From a virus: a stretch of DNA of 64,000 bases. The number at the start of each line of letters is the position of its first letter. The stretch's first letter is position 1. The notes beneath the pieces were generated by a model. That model saw only the letters and a program-made list of their open reading frames with translations. It was not told where the DNA came from and did not search any database. The position numbers and the translations under genes are program-made. The DNA is taken from the IMG/VR virus record IMGVR_UViG_3300035181_001974; one strand, 5' to 3'. Shown piece by piece: positions 1-9,757 of this stretch.

Positions 1-63
1 ATCAAGCGTCGCAAGACGCATCCAATCAGATTTACTCGATTCGAGCTGCTACACCTCCGCGAC

Positions 64-393
64 TTGATGTCTGTGACGTTGCCCCCGGACGGGAAGCAGA
101 CGCTGTCGCAGGCACTGGCAGCACTTGAGGGTCGACCCATGATCGAGACGTACCTGTGGCGAAAGATTAGCGAGGCCTGCGAAGAAGCTGGGCTGCCTCT
201 CGGAGAAGAGGCACCCGACTACATTGTGGCCCCGTCAGCGCCGCCCCCGATGGGCGTCTTCCAGTTGGCTCACGAGCCGATGCCTGTTGCTGAGCCTGAA
301 GGCCCATGTCCAGAGTGCGGAACGCATCACAGGCCGCATTGTGAGCCCGAAGATCCTGATCGCATCTTTGGCGGGAAGGATTCCGAGGCATGA
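64..393 (+). CDS. hypothetical protein. The reading frame is open to position 1, so it may be 5'-partial.
   Basis: ORF track; frame open from nt 1; ATGA overlap with next gene. Confidence 0.4.
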   Translation: MMSVTLPPDGKQTLSQALAALEGRPMIETYLWRKISEACEEAGLPLGEEAPDYIVAPSAPPPMGVFQLAHEPMPVAEPEGPCPECGTHHRPHCEPEDPDRIFGGKDSEA

Positions 394-851
394 ACCTCAA
401 GGTTGGACAAATCCTGTACGTGGTCCCATCCCAACAGGCCATCATTTATCCAATGCAGGTCGTTGAAGAGTTGACCAAAAAGACGCTAAACGGCACGGAG
501 GTCGATTACGTTCTCCGCGCTGGCAGTGCGACTGAGAGCAAGACGATCAAGCTCAAGGAAATCAAAGGCGAGATCTACGAAAGTGCTGTCCGTGCCAAGA
601 CAGTGCTGACCGACCGTGCCATCAAGTCCGTTGCTCGACTCGTTGAGTCAGCGACGAAGAAGGCGGAAGAATGGTACCCGGGTGCATTCGAAGGCAGCTC
701 AGATGATAACATCATCGATGCGTTGAAGAAGCCCTCGGCCCACGAGGCTGTCGGTCAAGACACACCACGGCCGGCGTCTGCTGATCCCGCGATTGACCTC
801 GGCGATGGTATCGTTGCTCGAGTGAAGCTGCCTGATGTCCTGAAGGATTGA
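390..851 (+). CDS. hypothetical protein
   Basis: 153-aa ORF, translationally coupled (ATGA) to the upstream ORF. Confidence 0.5.
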   Translation: MNLKVGQILYVVPSQQAIIYPMQVVEELTKKTLNGTEVDYVLRAGSATESKTIKLKEIKGEIYESAVRAKTVLTDRAIKSVARLVESATKKAEEWYPGAFEGSSDDNIIDALKKPSAHEAVGQDTPRPASADPAIDLGDGIVARVKLPDVLKD

Positions 852-862
852 TACTTACTCGG

Positions 863-1105
863 ATGAAGCTGTCATTGTCGAGGCTGCGCAGCCTGATCCG
901 CGAGGCGATCTCTGCCTCTGAGGACTACATGAAAAAGGAGCGTATTCGCGAGGACTTGCAGGACCGCGTCATCGAGGCAGTGATGAAGGGTGACATCAAG
1001 GATGAAAAAGACCTTGTTGAATACTTCAAGACCGTCGATATGGCCGTCAAGGCACTGAAGATGATCCCTTATGATGTCTTCGTGAAATTGGCAAAGCAGA
1101 AGTAG
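863..1105 (+). CDS. small protein with N-terminal leader-family motif (MKLSLSRLRSLIREAI)
   Basis: Internal ATG of ORF 848..1105; N-terminus matches the L-R-x-L-I-R-E-x-I family. Confidence 0.45.
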   Translation: MKLSLSRLRSLIREAISASEDYMKKERIREDLQDRVIEAVMKGDIKDEKDLVEYFKTVDMAVKALKMIPYDVFVKLAKQK

Positions 1106-1140
1106 TGAACCTCTGCCTACTCACAAGGTAGACTCGAGGC

Positions 1141-1503
1141 ATGGAACGGGAACGCACCAAGCCAGGCGATCCTGAGTTCGGCGTTTACGCCGAGGTCGTC
1201 AAGTGGAACAACACCATTTTGTGCCTCCCAACCTGGGAAGAGATCCTGGAGTACGAGTACGTCCGTCAACGTGGTGAAATCAACATGTTGACCGAGGACG
1301 TGCAGCGTTACGCGTTCGATCATGGACTGTATGCGTTGGTCACCTGGTGGCAGCGCTGCAAGGAAGCTCGGATTTCGCCCTGGAAGATGTACGAAGCTGG
1401 CATAGTGCAGTACGAGGCCGAAAATGGCTCCAGGGAATCCTGGATCACTGACGAAATGCGAGAGAATGTGCTGCTCCGCGAGCTTGAGCGTAAGGAACAG
1501 TAA
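1141..1503 (+). CDS. hypothetical protein
   Basis: 120-aa ORF. Confidence 0.45.
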   Translation: MERERTKPGDPEFGVYAEVVKWNNTILCLPTWEEILEYEYVRQRGEINMLTEDVQRYAFDHGLYALVTWWQRCKEARISPWKMYEAGIVQYEAENGSRESWITDEMRENVLLRELERKEQ

Positions 1504-1572
1504 GCCGCCGACGATCTTCGTAAGGTTCGGCGTAAACTTAATGCTCCGCGTAAGCAAAACAAGAAGTGATAA

Positions 1573-2076
1573 TCAACGCCAGACACGCTTGCGATCGCGG
1601 TACGTGCTCGGCGAACGATAATCCTCACGCCACGAGCTCGTCTTGCCACTGGGCTTGTGCGTCGTCATTCCACCGCTGCGGTAGTAGGGATCACCTGAGT
1701 TTGCGTCTGGGTCATTTCCGTGAATGAACCTCGACGACAAGTCGGCATACTCCGCCGCCAATGATTCCGCCTCTGTAAGAGTAGTCTGACTGTGGAAAAA
1801 GTCATAGAGGCTGTGTGCCCTTGCGCTAGTCCAAGATTGACCCTTGGCCTTGACAAAGGTGAAGAAAAACTGATTGTAACCATTGCGAGTCGCCCGCATC
1901 TTCGCAAGTGCGGCATCATCAATGCCGACTTCATTGCAAGCTTCCACAACTGATTTCAATGAGGCAGCGCCCTGATTCTTCAAAGCCTCGAGGCGTTCCC
2001 AGTCACTCTCGGCGTCTGAGACTTCATCAATTGTCTCACGAATGATATTGCGCAACTGTTTAGCGGTAAGCTTCAT
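1573..2076 (-). CDS. leader-family protein (MKLTAKQLRNIIRETI...), function unknown
   Basis: Internal Met of ORF 1573..2223; N-terminal motif shared with six other proteins. Confidence 0.5.
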   Translation of the reverse strand: MKLTAKQLRNIIRETIDEVSDAESDWERLEALKNQGAASLKSVVEACNEVGIDDAALAKMRATRNGYNQFFFTFVKAKGQSWTSARAHSLYDFFHSQTTLTEAESLAAEYADLSSRFIHGNDPDANSGDPYYRSGGMTTHKPSGKTSSWREDYRSPSTYRDRKRVWR

Positions 2077-2261
2077 GCGAAGTAAGTATTCCGCGCTGGT
2101 GCAAACCATGACCCTAACGTGGTACTCATAGAACATGAACATCCGCACCCGCTCTCGGGGCTCTTCGTCATCCGAGGCGCTCATCGTCGCCTGCATCATT
2201 GACGGCGTGGCGAAGGGCTGCAATGATCACAATTCGCAAAGAACGAGTCAGGAGAAAATCA

Positions 2262-2615
2262 ATGAAGAACAAACGGGGACACGCTCTCGTCGAGCTCATG
2301 ATCTTGGTCGCCGTGGTCGCCATCGTCCTCGCGATTATCGTTGCGATGGTCGGCAGGGGCTGCACTGACGTCACTGGCATGGATCACAAGAAAGCGGTCA
2401 ACGAGGCCGGCAAGTGGGGCCAAGAGATGGGCCTCGACGTCAAGGGCGTCTCATGTGTCAACGTCGATTCCAACGTTGACGGGTACGTTTCCTGTTCGCT
2501 GAGCACGGCGGGCAAGGACGGTACGATCTCAATCGTGCCCATCGAATGTGCAGCCTCGCTGACCATTAACTCGGGCTGCCGCGTGGCTCGCGTTATCCCG
2601 GTGGGAGGCCGTTGA
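2262..2615 (+). CDS. type IV pilin / pseudopilin-like protein (prepilin N-terminus)
   Basis: MKNKRG-HALVELMILVAVVAIVLAII is a classic prepilin leader with G/E cleavage-methylation motif; AGGAG SD 8 nt upstream; Cys pairs in the C-terminal domain. Confidence 0.6.
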   Translation: MKNKRGHALVELMILVAVVAIVLAIIVAMVGRGCTDVTGMDHKKAVNEAGKWGQEMGLDVKGVSCVNVDSNVDGYVSCSLSTAGKDGTISIVPIECAASLTINSGCRVARVIPVGGR

Positions 2616-2694
2616 TGTACGACATCGAAAATTGCTACTACACGGTCAACAATGCTCGCAAGGACGTGGCGTGTATGAACTGTCCGGTGAAGTG

Positions 2695-2925
2695 ATGGAT
2701 ATAACACAACACACGCAGCTCGAGCGCCTGACTGATCTCGATTATCGAGCTCAAATCATCCTTGATGCAGTCGATGATGAGTTGGCTGCCTGGTTGCTGC
2801 GCAACGATCGCCAAGGCGTCACCGTTTGGCAACACCTAGGCATGACTCCCGAGGAGTACGGCGTCTTTCTGTTCAACCCGTTGGCCTGGGCTCGAAACTA
2901 CGTCAAGCTTCTTCATGGGAAGTGA
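2695..2925 (+). CDS. hypothetical protein
   Basis: ORF starting MDITQHT; TGATG overlap with an upstream 26-codon ORF. Confidence 0.4.
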   Translation: MDITQHTQLERLTDLDYRAQIILDAVDDELAAWLLRNDRQGVTVWQHLGMTPEEYGVFLFNPLAWARNYVKLLHGK

Positions 2926-3146
2926 ATCGGCTTTTAGTTACCGAAAGGGCCATGGAGACGCCGAAGGAAGAGGCGGCGTACCCCCACTGGAATTCACGAT
3001 GAGGTCATGGACGTCATCAAGGTCCTCAAGATCCAGATTTACTCGATCGTCGTTTGCAAGGTCACTGGTTGCACCTGGAACACGGGAAACATTTCTTTGG
3101 CCCAACTCGAGAAGGAAGACCTCGAGAAGAAGGGATAGATCAACTG

Positions 3147-3638
3147 ATGCTAACGTTCTTTTTTGTTGCGTTGATGATGTTCGTTACGATGGTGTTCGGT
3201 CACGTGCTTCACTGGGCCATTCACCAGCGTTGGTCGGGTAGGCTCTACCGCGGGCACATGACGCACCACGTCAAGTTGTATCCACCCGAGGATTACATGT
3301 CGGACGTCTACCGCGATCCCGGCAAGGATTCGACGGTCTTTCCGTTCCTAGTTTTGGGCAGCCCGCTCGTGCTCGCGCCCCTGGCGCTCACGTTCCTTTC
3401 TCTGGTGGCCTGGCCCACTGCGTTGGCGATGGTGGGCGCCTCGTTGCTGATTGGATTTTTGAACGACTACATTCACGATTCGTTCCACGTGCGTAACCAT
3501 TGGCTCGCCCGCGTCTTGCCGGGATACAAGCGCATGAACGAACTGCACTACGTGCACCACTGCTACATGCAGACTAACTTCGGTATCTTCACCTTCGTCT
3601 GTGACAGGGCCTTCAGGACATTCCGCGGTACCTTGTGA
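3147..3638 (+). CDS. membrane fatty-acid hydroxylase / sterol desaturase superfamily protein
   Basis: Three His boxes (HVLHWAIH, HMTHH, HYVHH) between hydrophobic segments; start at internal Met of ORF 3054..3638. Confidence 0.5.
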   Translation: MLTFFFVALMMFVTMVFGHVLHWAIHQRWSGRLYRGHMTHHVKLYPPEDYMSDVYRDPGKDSTVFPFLVLGSPLVLAPLALTFLSLVAWPTALAMVGASLLIGFLNDYIHDSFHVRNHWLARVLPGYKRMNELHYVHHCYMQTNFGIFTFVCDRAFRTFRGTL

Positions 3639-3640
3639 AC

Positions 3641-3690
3641 CCTGACAGCCCATCAGGGTATGGGTTGGTTTATAAATTTTCTGCGGTCCC
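3641..3690 (+). terminator. intrinsic terminator-like hairpin (CCCTGA-N7-TCAGGG) followed by a T-rich tract
   Basis: Inverted repeat followed by tttataaatttt read directly from the sequence. Confidence 0.4.
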
Positions 3691-3739
3691 CTTTATGCAA
3701 TCACGCAACTTCGCGTGATGTGGATGGGCCCGTGGCACG

Positions 3740-4027
3740 GTGAAAAGTTCACGCTCGAGTCAGATCACAGATTGCAACATGTCTAAGATGAACTTTCTCA
3801 AAGGTCAACTGGTCACCTGTAAGACCAAAGGCGCCATCTACGAGGTACTCGAGGTCAAGAAACGGACGATGATCATCGGCCTCCGCGTTGCCCTGGCACC
3901 TTCACATCGGCGGAAGTCCGTTCGCAAGGTCCTGATCAGCCAGTGTCAGCTGGCGGTCCTAAATGACCTCCGTGAGACGGCGAGGACCCTTGAAGCGCTG
4001 TGCGCCCGAATGTTGAATGGACAGTGA
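3740..4027 (+). CDS. small SH3/KOW-like family protein (PGD-x-V family member)
   Basis: GQLVTCKTKGAIYEVLEV motif shared with ~15 other small ORFs. Confidence 0.4.
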   Translation: MKSSRSSQITDCNMSKMNFLKGQLVTCKTKGAIYEVLEVKKRTMIIGLRVALAPSHRRKSVRKVLISQCQLAVLNDLRETARTLEALCARMLNGQ

Positions 4028-4045
4028 TGTGACGATTGAATGCGT

Positions 4046-4640
4046 ATCATCATGAAAGATGATCGTAGAGTCACAATTCCATGCGATGAGTGTGGTCAAC
4101 CTAACACAGTGTGGTTGAATACGTACGAAGGGAATGTATGACGTAACGGACACTATCGATGTTGTACGTGTCGACCTCATAACAACTCAGCGCATTGGTC
4201 AGATCAAGCCATCAAAGATAAACACAGTCAATCGATGCGTTCGTCAGAAGCGTACTACGAAGCGATCAAACGTCGTAATATGTTTGGCGCCAAGAATGGC
4301 ATGTTGGATAGAGCGCACAGTGTTGAAACTCGTGAGAGAGGATATTACGGTCACGAACTGGTAAGTTGGGCCCAAGTGCCACAGCGTGGAAGGGCAGTAG
4401 GAGTTCTGTCACACGACGAGTAAAAGTTGTGTCAGATAAGGCATCACTGGTTTTCACGTGTGCTTGAGCGAGACAATTTGAAGTGTGTCAAATGTATGGT
4501 GACGACACGTTTAGATGCTCATCACATTGAGCAAATCGTGAAAATCATTGCCAGAATCACGAAAGACATGCAATTTAATTGCCAGAACTCAAGATCGAAT
4601 TTTGTGCATCTCATTCGGAGTACATCAAGCGTTACCTGTC
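4046..4640 (+). pseudogene. fragmented HNH homing-endonuclease-like gene in a low-GC island
   Basis: Zinc-finger start (PCDECGQP) and HNH-like DNLKCVKC...LDAHHI segments lie in three different frames; local GC is clearly lower than the flanks. Confidence 0.4.
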
Positions 4641-4649
4641 AACTGAGGA

Positions 4650-5825
4650 ATGAACATGCAGATCGTCTATGCAGCCGAAGAGGCGCCGGCTTCGTTTGAG
4701 AAGTCCATCTTTTTGGCGGGGCCTTCTCCCCGTTCTGATGCGCATTTGAATTGGCGACCGGATGCCCTTAAGCTCCTCGAAGAGATGGGCTATGATGGCG
4801 TCGTCTTCGTGCCGCTGCCCCGCGATGGTAAGTGGAACTGCGGCTTCGATCATCAGGTCGAATGGGAAAAGAAACACCTCGACATGAGCGACGTGGTCGT
4901 CTTCTGGGTTCCTCGCGACATGCAGGTGGCACCTGCCCTGACGACGAACGTCGAGTTCGGTATGTACTATGATGCCGGAAAGACGGTCCTGGGTTACCCG
5001 CCCGAGGCCTATAACATGCGCTACCTGGCGCACCGTGCTCGTCTCGAGGGCGTCCCAGTAGAGAGCACGCTCCAGAACACGCTGCTGCAGGCACTCGAGA
5101 GGACGAAGCACAAGGCACTTCGATTCGGCGGGGAACGTTCAGTTCCACTGCATATCTGGCACCAGCCTGCGTTCCGCTCGTGGCACGCGGCCCAGAGGGC
5201 TGTTGGTAATCGTTTAGACGGCGCACAGTTGCTGTGGTCGTTCCGCATTGGGCCCAACAAAGCAGTGACCTTCTGCTATGCCTTGAAGGTTGATGTCTAT
5301 GTGGCGGCCGAGAAACGCAACAAGACCAACGAGTTCATCTTCTCGCGGCCGGACGTCTTCGTCGTGGTGGCGTATCACAGGCCGGACTCCGATGTCCTTG
5401 GGACGAGGGTCGCCCTTGTCAAGGAGTTCCGCAGCTCTGTTCGCAACAATGCAGGCTTCGTATATGAGGCTCCTGGTGGTAGTTCGCTGAAGTTGAGTCA
5501 GGATGCCCGCGTGGTGGCGGCCCACGAGTTGGAAGAAGAGATGGGCATCAATATTGATCCCACGCGGCTACGTTACGTGGGCTCGCGGCAGATGTGTGCT
5601 GCCCTGTCGACCCATCATGGCGTGGTCTACGCTGTTGAGTTGACAGCACTTGAAATGAATCGCCTGGAGGACGAACACAGTTCCGGCGTCACTCACGGGA
5701 TCGCCAACGATACTGAGTTGACTTACGTGGAGGTGTACGACCTCGATGACCTCGTCGCCGGCAAAGTCTTTATCGATTGGTCGATGCTCGGCATCATCTT
5801 GGCCGCCACCAGTGGCTCGGGCTGA
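4650..5825 (+). CDS. fusion protein with an N-terminal nucleoside 2-deoxyribosyltransferase/Rcl-like domain and a C-terminal Nudix-like domain
   Basis: IFLAGPSP...VVFVPLP...DVVVFWVPRD...EFGMYYDAGK is an NDT/DNPH1-like fold motif set; AHELEEEMGI is a Nudix-box-like motif. Confidence 0.5.
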   Translation: MNMQIVYAAEEAPASFEKSIFLAGPSPRSDAHLNWRPDALKLLEEMGYDGVVFVPLPRDGKWNCGFDHQVEWEKKHLDMSDVVVFWVPRDMQVAPALTTNVEFGMYYDAGKTVLGYPPEAYNMRYLAHRARLEGVPVESTLQNTLLQALERTKHKALRFGGERSVPLHIWHQPAFRSWHAAQRAVGNRLDGAQLLWSFRIGPNKAVTFCYALKVDVYVAAEKRNKTNEFIFSRPDVFVVVAYHRPDSDVLGTRVALVKEFRSSVRNNAGFVYEAPGGSSLKLSQDARVVAAHELEEEMGINIDPTRLRYVGSRQMCAALSTHHGVVYAVELTALEMNRLEDEHSSGVTHGIANDTELTYVEVYDLDDLVAGKVFIDWSMLGIILAATSGSG

Positions 5826-5829
5826 TTCC

Positions 5830-5980
5830 TGTGGCCCAAACTCGGCCCCCGCGTGACCCACGTGAGTGCCTGCACGGCCCAAGAAGGGGAAACCACCTCC
5901 TCTTTTTGGGTCATTCTCGTGATCCGTGGGCTCATTTGGGCCACAGCGCAATCTTTGACCCTTGATAGGTAGACTGAGAC
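5830..5980 (+). repeat. intergenic repeat element copy A (core GACCCACGTGAGTGC)
   Basis: Shares its core and flanking GGGCC/CCCATGAG units with copies at 38.8, 46.4, 47.7 and 53.8 kb. Confidence 0.55.
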
Positions 5981-6087
5981 CATGGCACAAGAACGGATTT
6001 TCGATAAGGTGGCCGACATTATCGAAGATCACTACGACGCCGGTCTACGAGGGACTTGAGCTATTGCTGTGAAATTCACCTGTCAGA

Positions 6088-6939
6088 GTGGTAGAGTCAA
6101 TCATGGGCAATCCAAAGATTCTTTGCATTGACGGCATGAACTTCCTCCACCGCGCTCGGAGCGGTTGGCAGTTGGGGTCCGCACCCGTCATCTTCAACTT
6201 CATGCGAAACTTTCGGGCACAGGTCGAACTCCATAAGCCGACCCGTGTCTACTTCGTCCTGGAGGGTCATCCGCAACAGCGTAAGGACATCCTACCGGAG
6301 TACAAGGCCAACCGCGTGGTAGAGCCCGGGACTCCCGAGCACGATGAGCTTGTGAAGTTCTTCGAGCAAGTCCACGTGATCGTGGATCACCTGAGCCAGC
6401 ACTTTCCGGTCTCTGTGGTGCGCCACCCACACTACGAGTGCGACGATACCATCTACAATCTCATCAAGCGCTCTAGCTCTGCGGTCCCGTGGGTCGTGGC
6501 ATCTAATGATTCGGATTTCACGCAGTTGTTGAACGAGTTCCCGAACGTTAGCCTCTATAACCCAATGAAAAAGGAGTTCGTTGAGGTACCCGACTACGAT
6601 TACGTCACCTGGAAGGCTTTGCGCGGCGACCCCAGCGATAACATCCCGGGCATCATCACTGACGGGGCCGCTGATCGCATCGTCAATGACCCTGAGGCGC
6701 TGTCTGACCTACTGCTGTGCGATTCGGTTATAGGTGATACGTTCTCAAGGAACTACGAACTCATCAAGTTCATCACCTGGTCCGATGATGAGGCCCTTGA
6801 GATGTCGTGCTCGCATCCGACCAAGGATTGGGAGCCACTGCGAAAGTTGTTCGAACAACACGATTTCAAGTCGCTGCTCAAGGACAAGACGTGGGACAAG
6901 TTCGTGGCGACGTTTGAACCGCTGTGGGGAGAAGGCTGA
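6088..6939 (+). CDS. 5'-3' exonuclease / flap endonuclease (RNase H-like, Pol I N-terminal-type)
   Basis: ILCIDGMNFLHRA...GDPSDNIPGI motifs typical of the 5' nuclease family. Confidence 0.7.
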   Translation: MVESIMGNPKILCIDGMNFLHRARSGWQLGSAPVIFNFMRNFRAQVELHKPTRVYFVLEGHPQQRKDILPEYKANRVVEPGTPEHDELVKFFEQVHVIVDHLSQHFPVSVVRHPHYECDDTIYNLIKRSSSAVPWVVASNDSDFTQLLNEFPNVSLYNPMKKEFVEVPDYDYVTWKALRGDPSDNIPGIITDGAADRIVNDPEALSDLLLCDSVIGDTFSRNYELIKFITWSDDEALEMSCSHPTKDWEPLRKLFEQHDFKSLLKDKTWDKFVATFEPLWGEG

Positions 6940-7212
6940 TGGCAAAGGGTGGCGAGACGGGTTACGCAGTCAACAAGACGTAGTGGTGGTTTGAGGAGGT
7001 GGTGATCCCCAATGTCATCAGCGATGACATGAGCGAACTTGCAGCAGAGATGGCTGACGAGATGGACCAACACGGGTGGGATCCCGCTGACGTCAACTGG
7101 GCTGTCGTTGAAGAAGGTCTCCGGCACAGGCCGGTGTCATCGTCAACTCACTGAAGAAGATCTCGCAGGGCTGAACGACCGGGCCTACCTATCCGTGAAG
7201 GGTAGGTGGCTC

Positions 7213-7683
7213 ATGTCGAAATTCTTCAAGGTCTTGGGTTACATCTGGTCGGCACCGGTGACGGTGTTCGGCCTTGTGTACGCTCTGCTGTTCAACCTGT
7301 TGGGCTGGTACGCTTGGTGCGGCGTCTTTGGTGATGCTCTAGTCTGGGTCGTCAAGACCGACAAGGCTCCCACGTGGCTGTTGAACCTGTGGAAGAAGTG
7401 GGCGGGTCACACCATTGGCAATGTCGTGGTGTTGAAGCAGACGCCTGCCGCAAGGCCCGTCATCCTGACCCACGAGCAGAAGCACGTTGACCAGTGCATG
7501 CGTCTTGGTGTCTTTCAGCCGCTGGTCTATGCACTGAGCTACCTAGCGCTCAAGTTTGGGTGCACGGGCAGCGATCCTTACTACTCGAACCCCTTCGAGA
7601 TCGACGCCCGACGTGCGGCTGGGCAGATCGTCGACGTCGAGGGGAGGCTCAAGCGAATTGTTGAGCAGAACAAGAAGGCCTGA
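7213..7683 (+). CDS. membrane protein with two transmembrane segments upstream of the endolysin (possible holin-like)
   Basis: Hydrophobic helices VLGYIWSAPVTVFGLVYALLF and LGVFQPLVYALSYLAL; GGTAGG-type box directly upstream of the ATG. Confidence 0.4.
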   Translation: MSKFFKVLGYIWSAPVTVFGLVYALLFNLLGWYAWCGVFGDALVWVVKTDKAPTWLLNLWKKWAGHTIGNVVVLKQTPAARPVILTHEQKHVDQCMRLGVFQPLVYALSYLALKFGCTGSDPYYSNPFEIDARRAAGQIVDVEGRLKRIVEQNKKA

Positions 7684-7703
7684 ACATCGCCTAGTTATCG
7701 ATC

Positions 7704-8609
7704 ATGGCGACAGGCATTGATGTGTCCTACGCCCAAGGCAAGCCTGCCTGGGCAAAGGTCAAGGCGACGGGCAAGATTGACTTCGTATATGCAAAGGCGA
7801 GCGGCGGTGATAAGACCGTCGATTCCTCCTTTGCATATAACTGGGCCGAGCTACCCAAAGCGGGTCTACCGCGTGGGGCGTATCACTTCTACATCGCCTC
7901 GATTGATCCGATCATACAGGCTGAACACTTCTTCAAGACGGTGGGCCCGCTCAACGACAGCGACCTACCTCCCATGCTCGACGTTGAGCAGACGAGGCCC
8001 GCCAGCAAGACAGGCGACCAGTATGCCAAGGACGTGTTGGCCTGCATCGAACATCTAGAAAAGTTGTTCGAGCGCCGCGTGGTCGTCTACACGGGCCTCT
8101 CCATCATCATTGCAGAGATGAAGGGTGCTGCACCTGAGACCCTGGCCGCCCTCGCCACCCGCGATCTTTGGTTGGCCGCCTACGTTAATGATCCAACGAA
8201 GTGGGTTCCACCGTGTTGGCAATCAAAAGGCTGGGTCATCTGGCAGAAGAGCGGAGACGTGGCGGCCGACGGCAAGCCTGGCTTCCGAATCGACGGCATC
8301 GGCAGCGTCGTTGACCTCGATGTTACTCAGGGCGCAGCCAACGACCTGGTCGACTGGATCGAAGCGTCCAAGTTGAAGAAGCCAGAGTCGGTACCCATGG
8401 TGCCCGCACCTGAGCCACCTCCGTCACCAGTTCCTCAGGAAGAACAACCCGTGCCTCCCACGCCTGAACCAGTCGCTCCGTCTCCCGATCCTCCAAAGCC
8501 CGTGCCTTCCGCACCTATCGTGCCTGGCAATCCGACGGGTTTCTTGGCAACGTTCTTCGCATTCATCAGGGCGATCTTCATGTTTCTGACGGGCCGAAAG
8601 GGTTCCTAA
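7704..8609 (+). CDS. GH25 muramidase (endolysin) with Pro-rich linker and hydrophobic C-terminal tail
   Basis: GIDVSYAQG...IDFVYAKASGG...GAYHFY is the GH25 signature; PEPPPSPVPQEEQPVPPTPEP linker; C-terminal FLATFFAFIRAIFMFL. Confidence 0.75.
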   Translation: MATGIDVSYAQGKPAWAKVKATGKIDFVYAKASGGDKTVDSSFAYNWAELPKAGLPRGAYHFYIASIDPIIQAEHFFKTVGPLNDSDLPPMLDVEQTRPASKTGDQYAKDVLACIEHLEKLFERRVVVYTGLSIIIAEMKGAAPETLAALATRDLWLAAYVNDPTKWVPPCWQSKGWVIWQKSGDVAADGKPGFRIDGIGSVVDLDVTQGAANDLVDWIEASKLKKPESVPMVPAPEPPPSPVPQEEQPVPPTPEPVAPSPDPPKPVPSAPIVPGNPTGFLATFFAFIRAIFMFLTGRKGS

Positions 8610-9419
8610 ATGTACACTCCTAAATTGGGCGGATGGCGCCCCGATAACACAGCTCCCGGCCACGACGCCAGCCAGGACTATCAGTTCCATGAGAACCTCG
8701 ACAAGTTCTCGCCTGCATCCACCGAGGTCGACGGCGTCCTGGACCTACGTAAGTGGTGTTCGCCTGTCGAGGACCAGGGTCACCTAGGTTCATGCGTGGG
8801 CAATGGTACAGTCGGCGCCCTCGAGTTTCTGCAGATCCGTAATGGCCAGCAGCTGACGGATCTCAGCCGCCTCTTCATCTACTACAACTCAAGGTTGATG
8901 ACGCAGGAACAGGACCAGGACAACGGCACCTACATTCACCTGGCCTTTGGCACCTTGTCGTCTTTGGGAACCTGCACTGAAGCCAAGTGGCCTTATGATG
9001 TCTCCAAGGTTTTCATTCGACCCTCATGGAGCTCGTATCGTGAAGCCTACCCAAATAAGATCGACAGTTACTACTCGATTGGCGGCTCGGGTCAGACGAG
9101 GATTGACTTCATCAAGCGAGCATTGCAGGCCAACCATGTGGTCGTCTTCGGCATGACGGTCGATCAGGAATACATGGACTACCGTGGGGGCATCATGCCG
9201 ATGCCCAAATCCACGCGGGTCAATTCGGGCGGTCACTGTCAGGTCATCGTTGGCTACGACGAAAACAAACAATGCTGGATCGTCCGCAACTCTTGGGGTA
9301 CCTGGTGGGGTGACAAGGGCTATGCCTACGTTCCCTATGCGTACTTGGACGCCTCGAACGCCAACGACTTCTGGGTTCCTTACTTGCCTGGAACGCCGGC
9401 GCCTGATGCACAGGTCTGA
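8610..9419 (+). CDS. papain-like (C1 family) cysteine peptidase
   Basis: DQGHLGSCVGNG (Cys), GGHCQVIVGY (His), NSWGTWWGDKGY (Asn) catalytic motifs. Confidence 0.7.
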   Translation: MYTPKLGGWRPDNTAPGHDASQDYQFHENLDKFSPASTEVDGVLDLRKWCSPVEDQGHLGSCVGNGTVGALEFLQIRNGQQLTDLSRLFIYYNSRLMTQEQDQDNGTYIHLAFGTLSSLGTCTEAKWPYDVSKVFIRPSWSSYREAYPNKIDSYYSIGGSGQTRIDFIKRALQANHVVVFGMTVDQEYMDYRGGIMPMPKSTRVNSGGHCQVIVGYDENKQCWIVRNSWGTWWGDKGYAYVPYAYLDASNANDFWVPYLPGTPAPDAQV

Positions 9420-9427
9420 GGCTGAAC

Positions 9428-9757
9428 ATGAGGCTGCTCGAGGAATACGTTAGATCCGTGTTGGTTGAACTGCGTGTGGATCGCAATTTTGTCAAACGAC
9501 TTCGACGTGGAAGCGGACCGTCGCTGTCGTCGAAGGCCCGCCTCGTCGCCGATGCCTGGATTGCGGACTACGAGCGTGGCGGGCGACTGTTGCCAGGAAA
9601 GACAAAGAACGACATCAGGTCGTTCGCGGTTGCACAGTATTCCGCGCTCGTCTTCAAGACGGGCGACGATTCAAGGGCCCGCGCTGAGCTCAACCGGCTC
9701 ATCGACAGCAGGTTCTCTGCGTTTACAGGTGGCCTTGCCGGAAGGGACAAGAAATGA
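9428..9757 (+). CDS. hypothetical protein (weak leader-like N-terminus MRLLEEYVRSVLVEL)
   Basis: ORF; ATGA overlap with the downstream lipoprotein gene. Confidence 0.4.
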   Translation: MRLLEEYVRSVLVELRVDRNFVKRLRRGSGPSLSSKARLVADAWIADYERGGRLLPGKTKNDIRSFAVAQYSALVFKTGDDSRARAELNRLIDSRFSAFTGGLAGRDKK

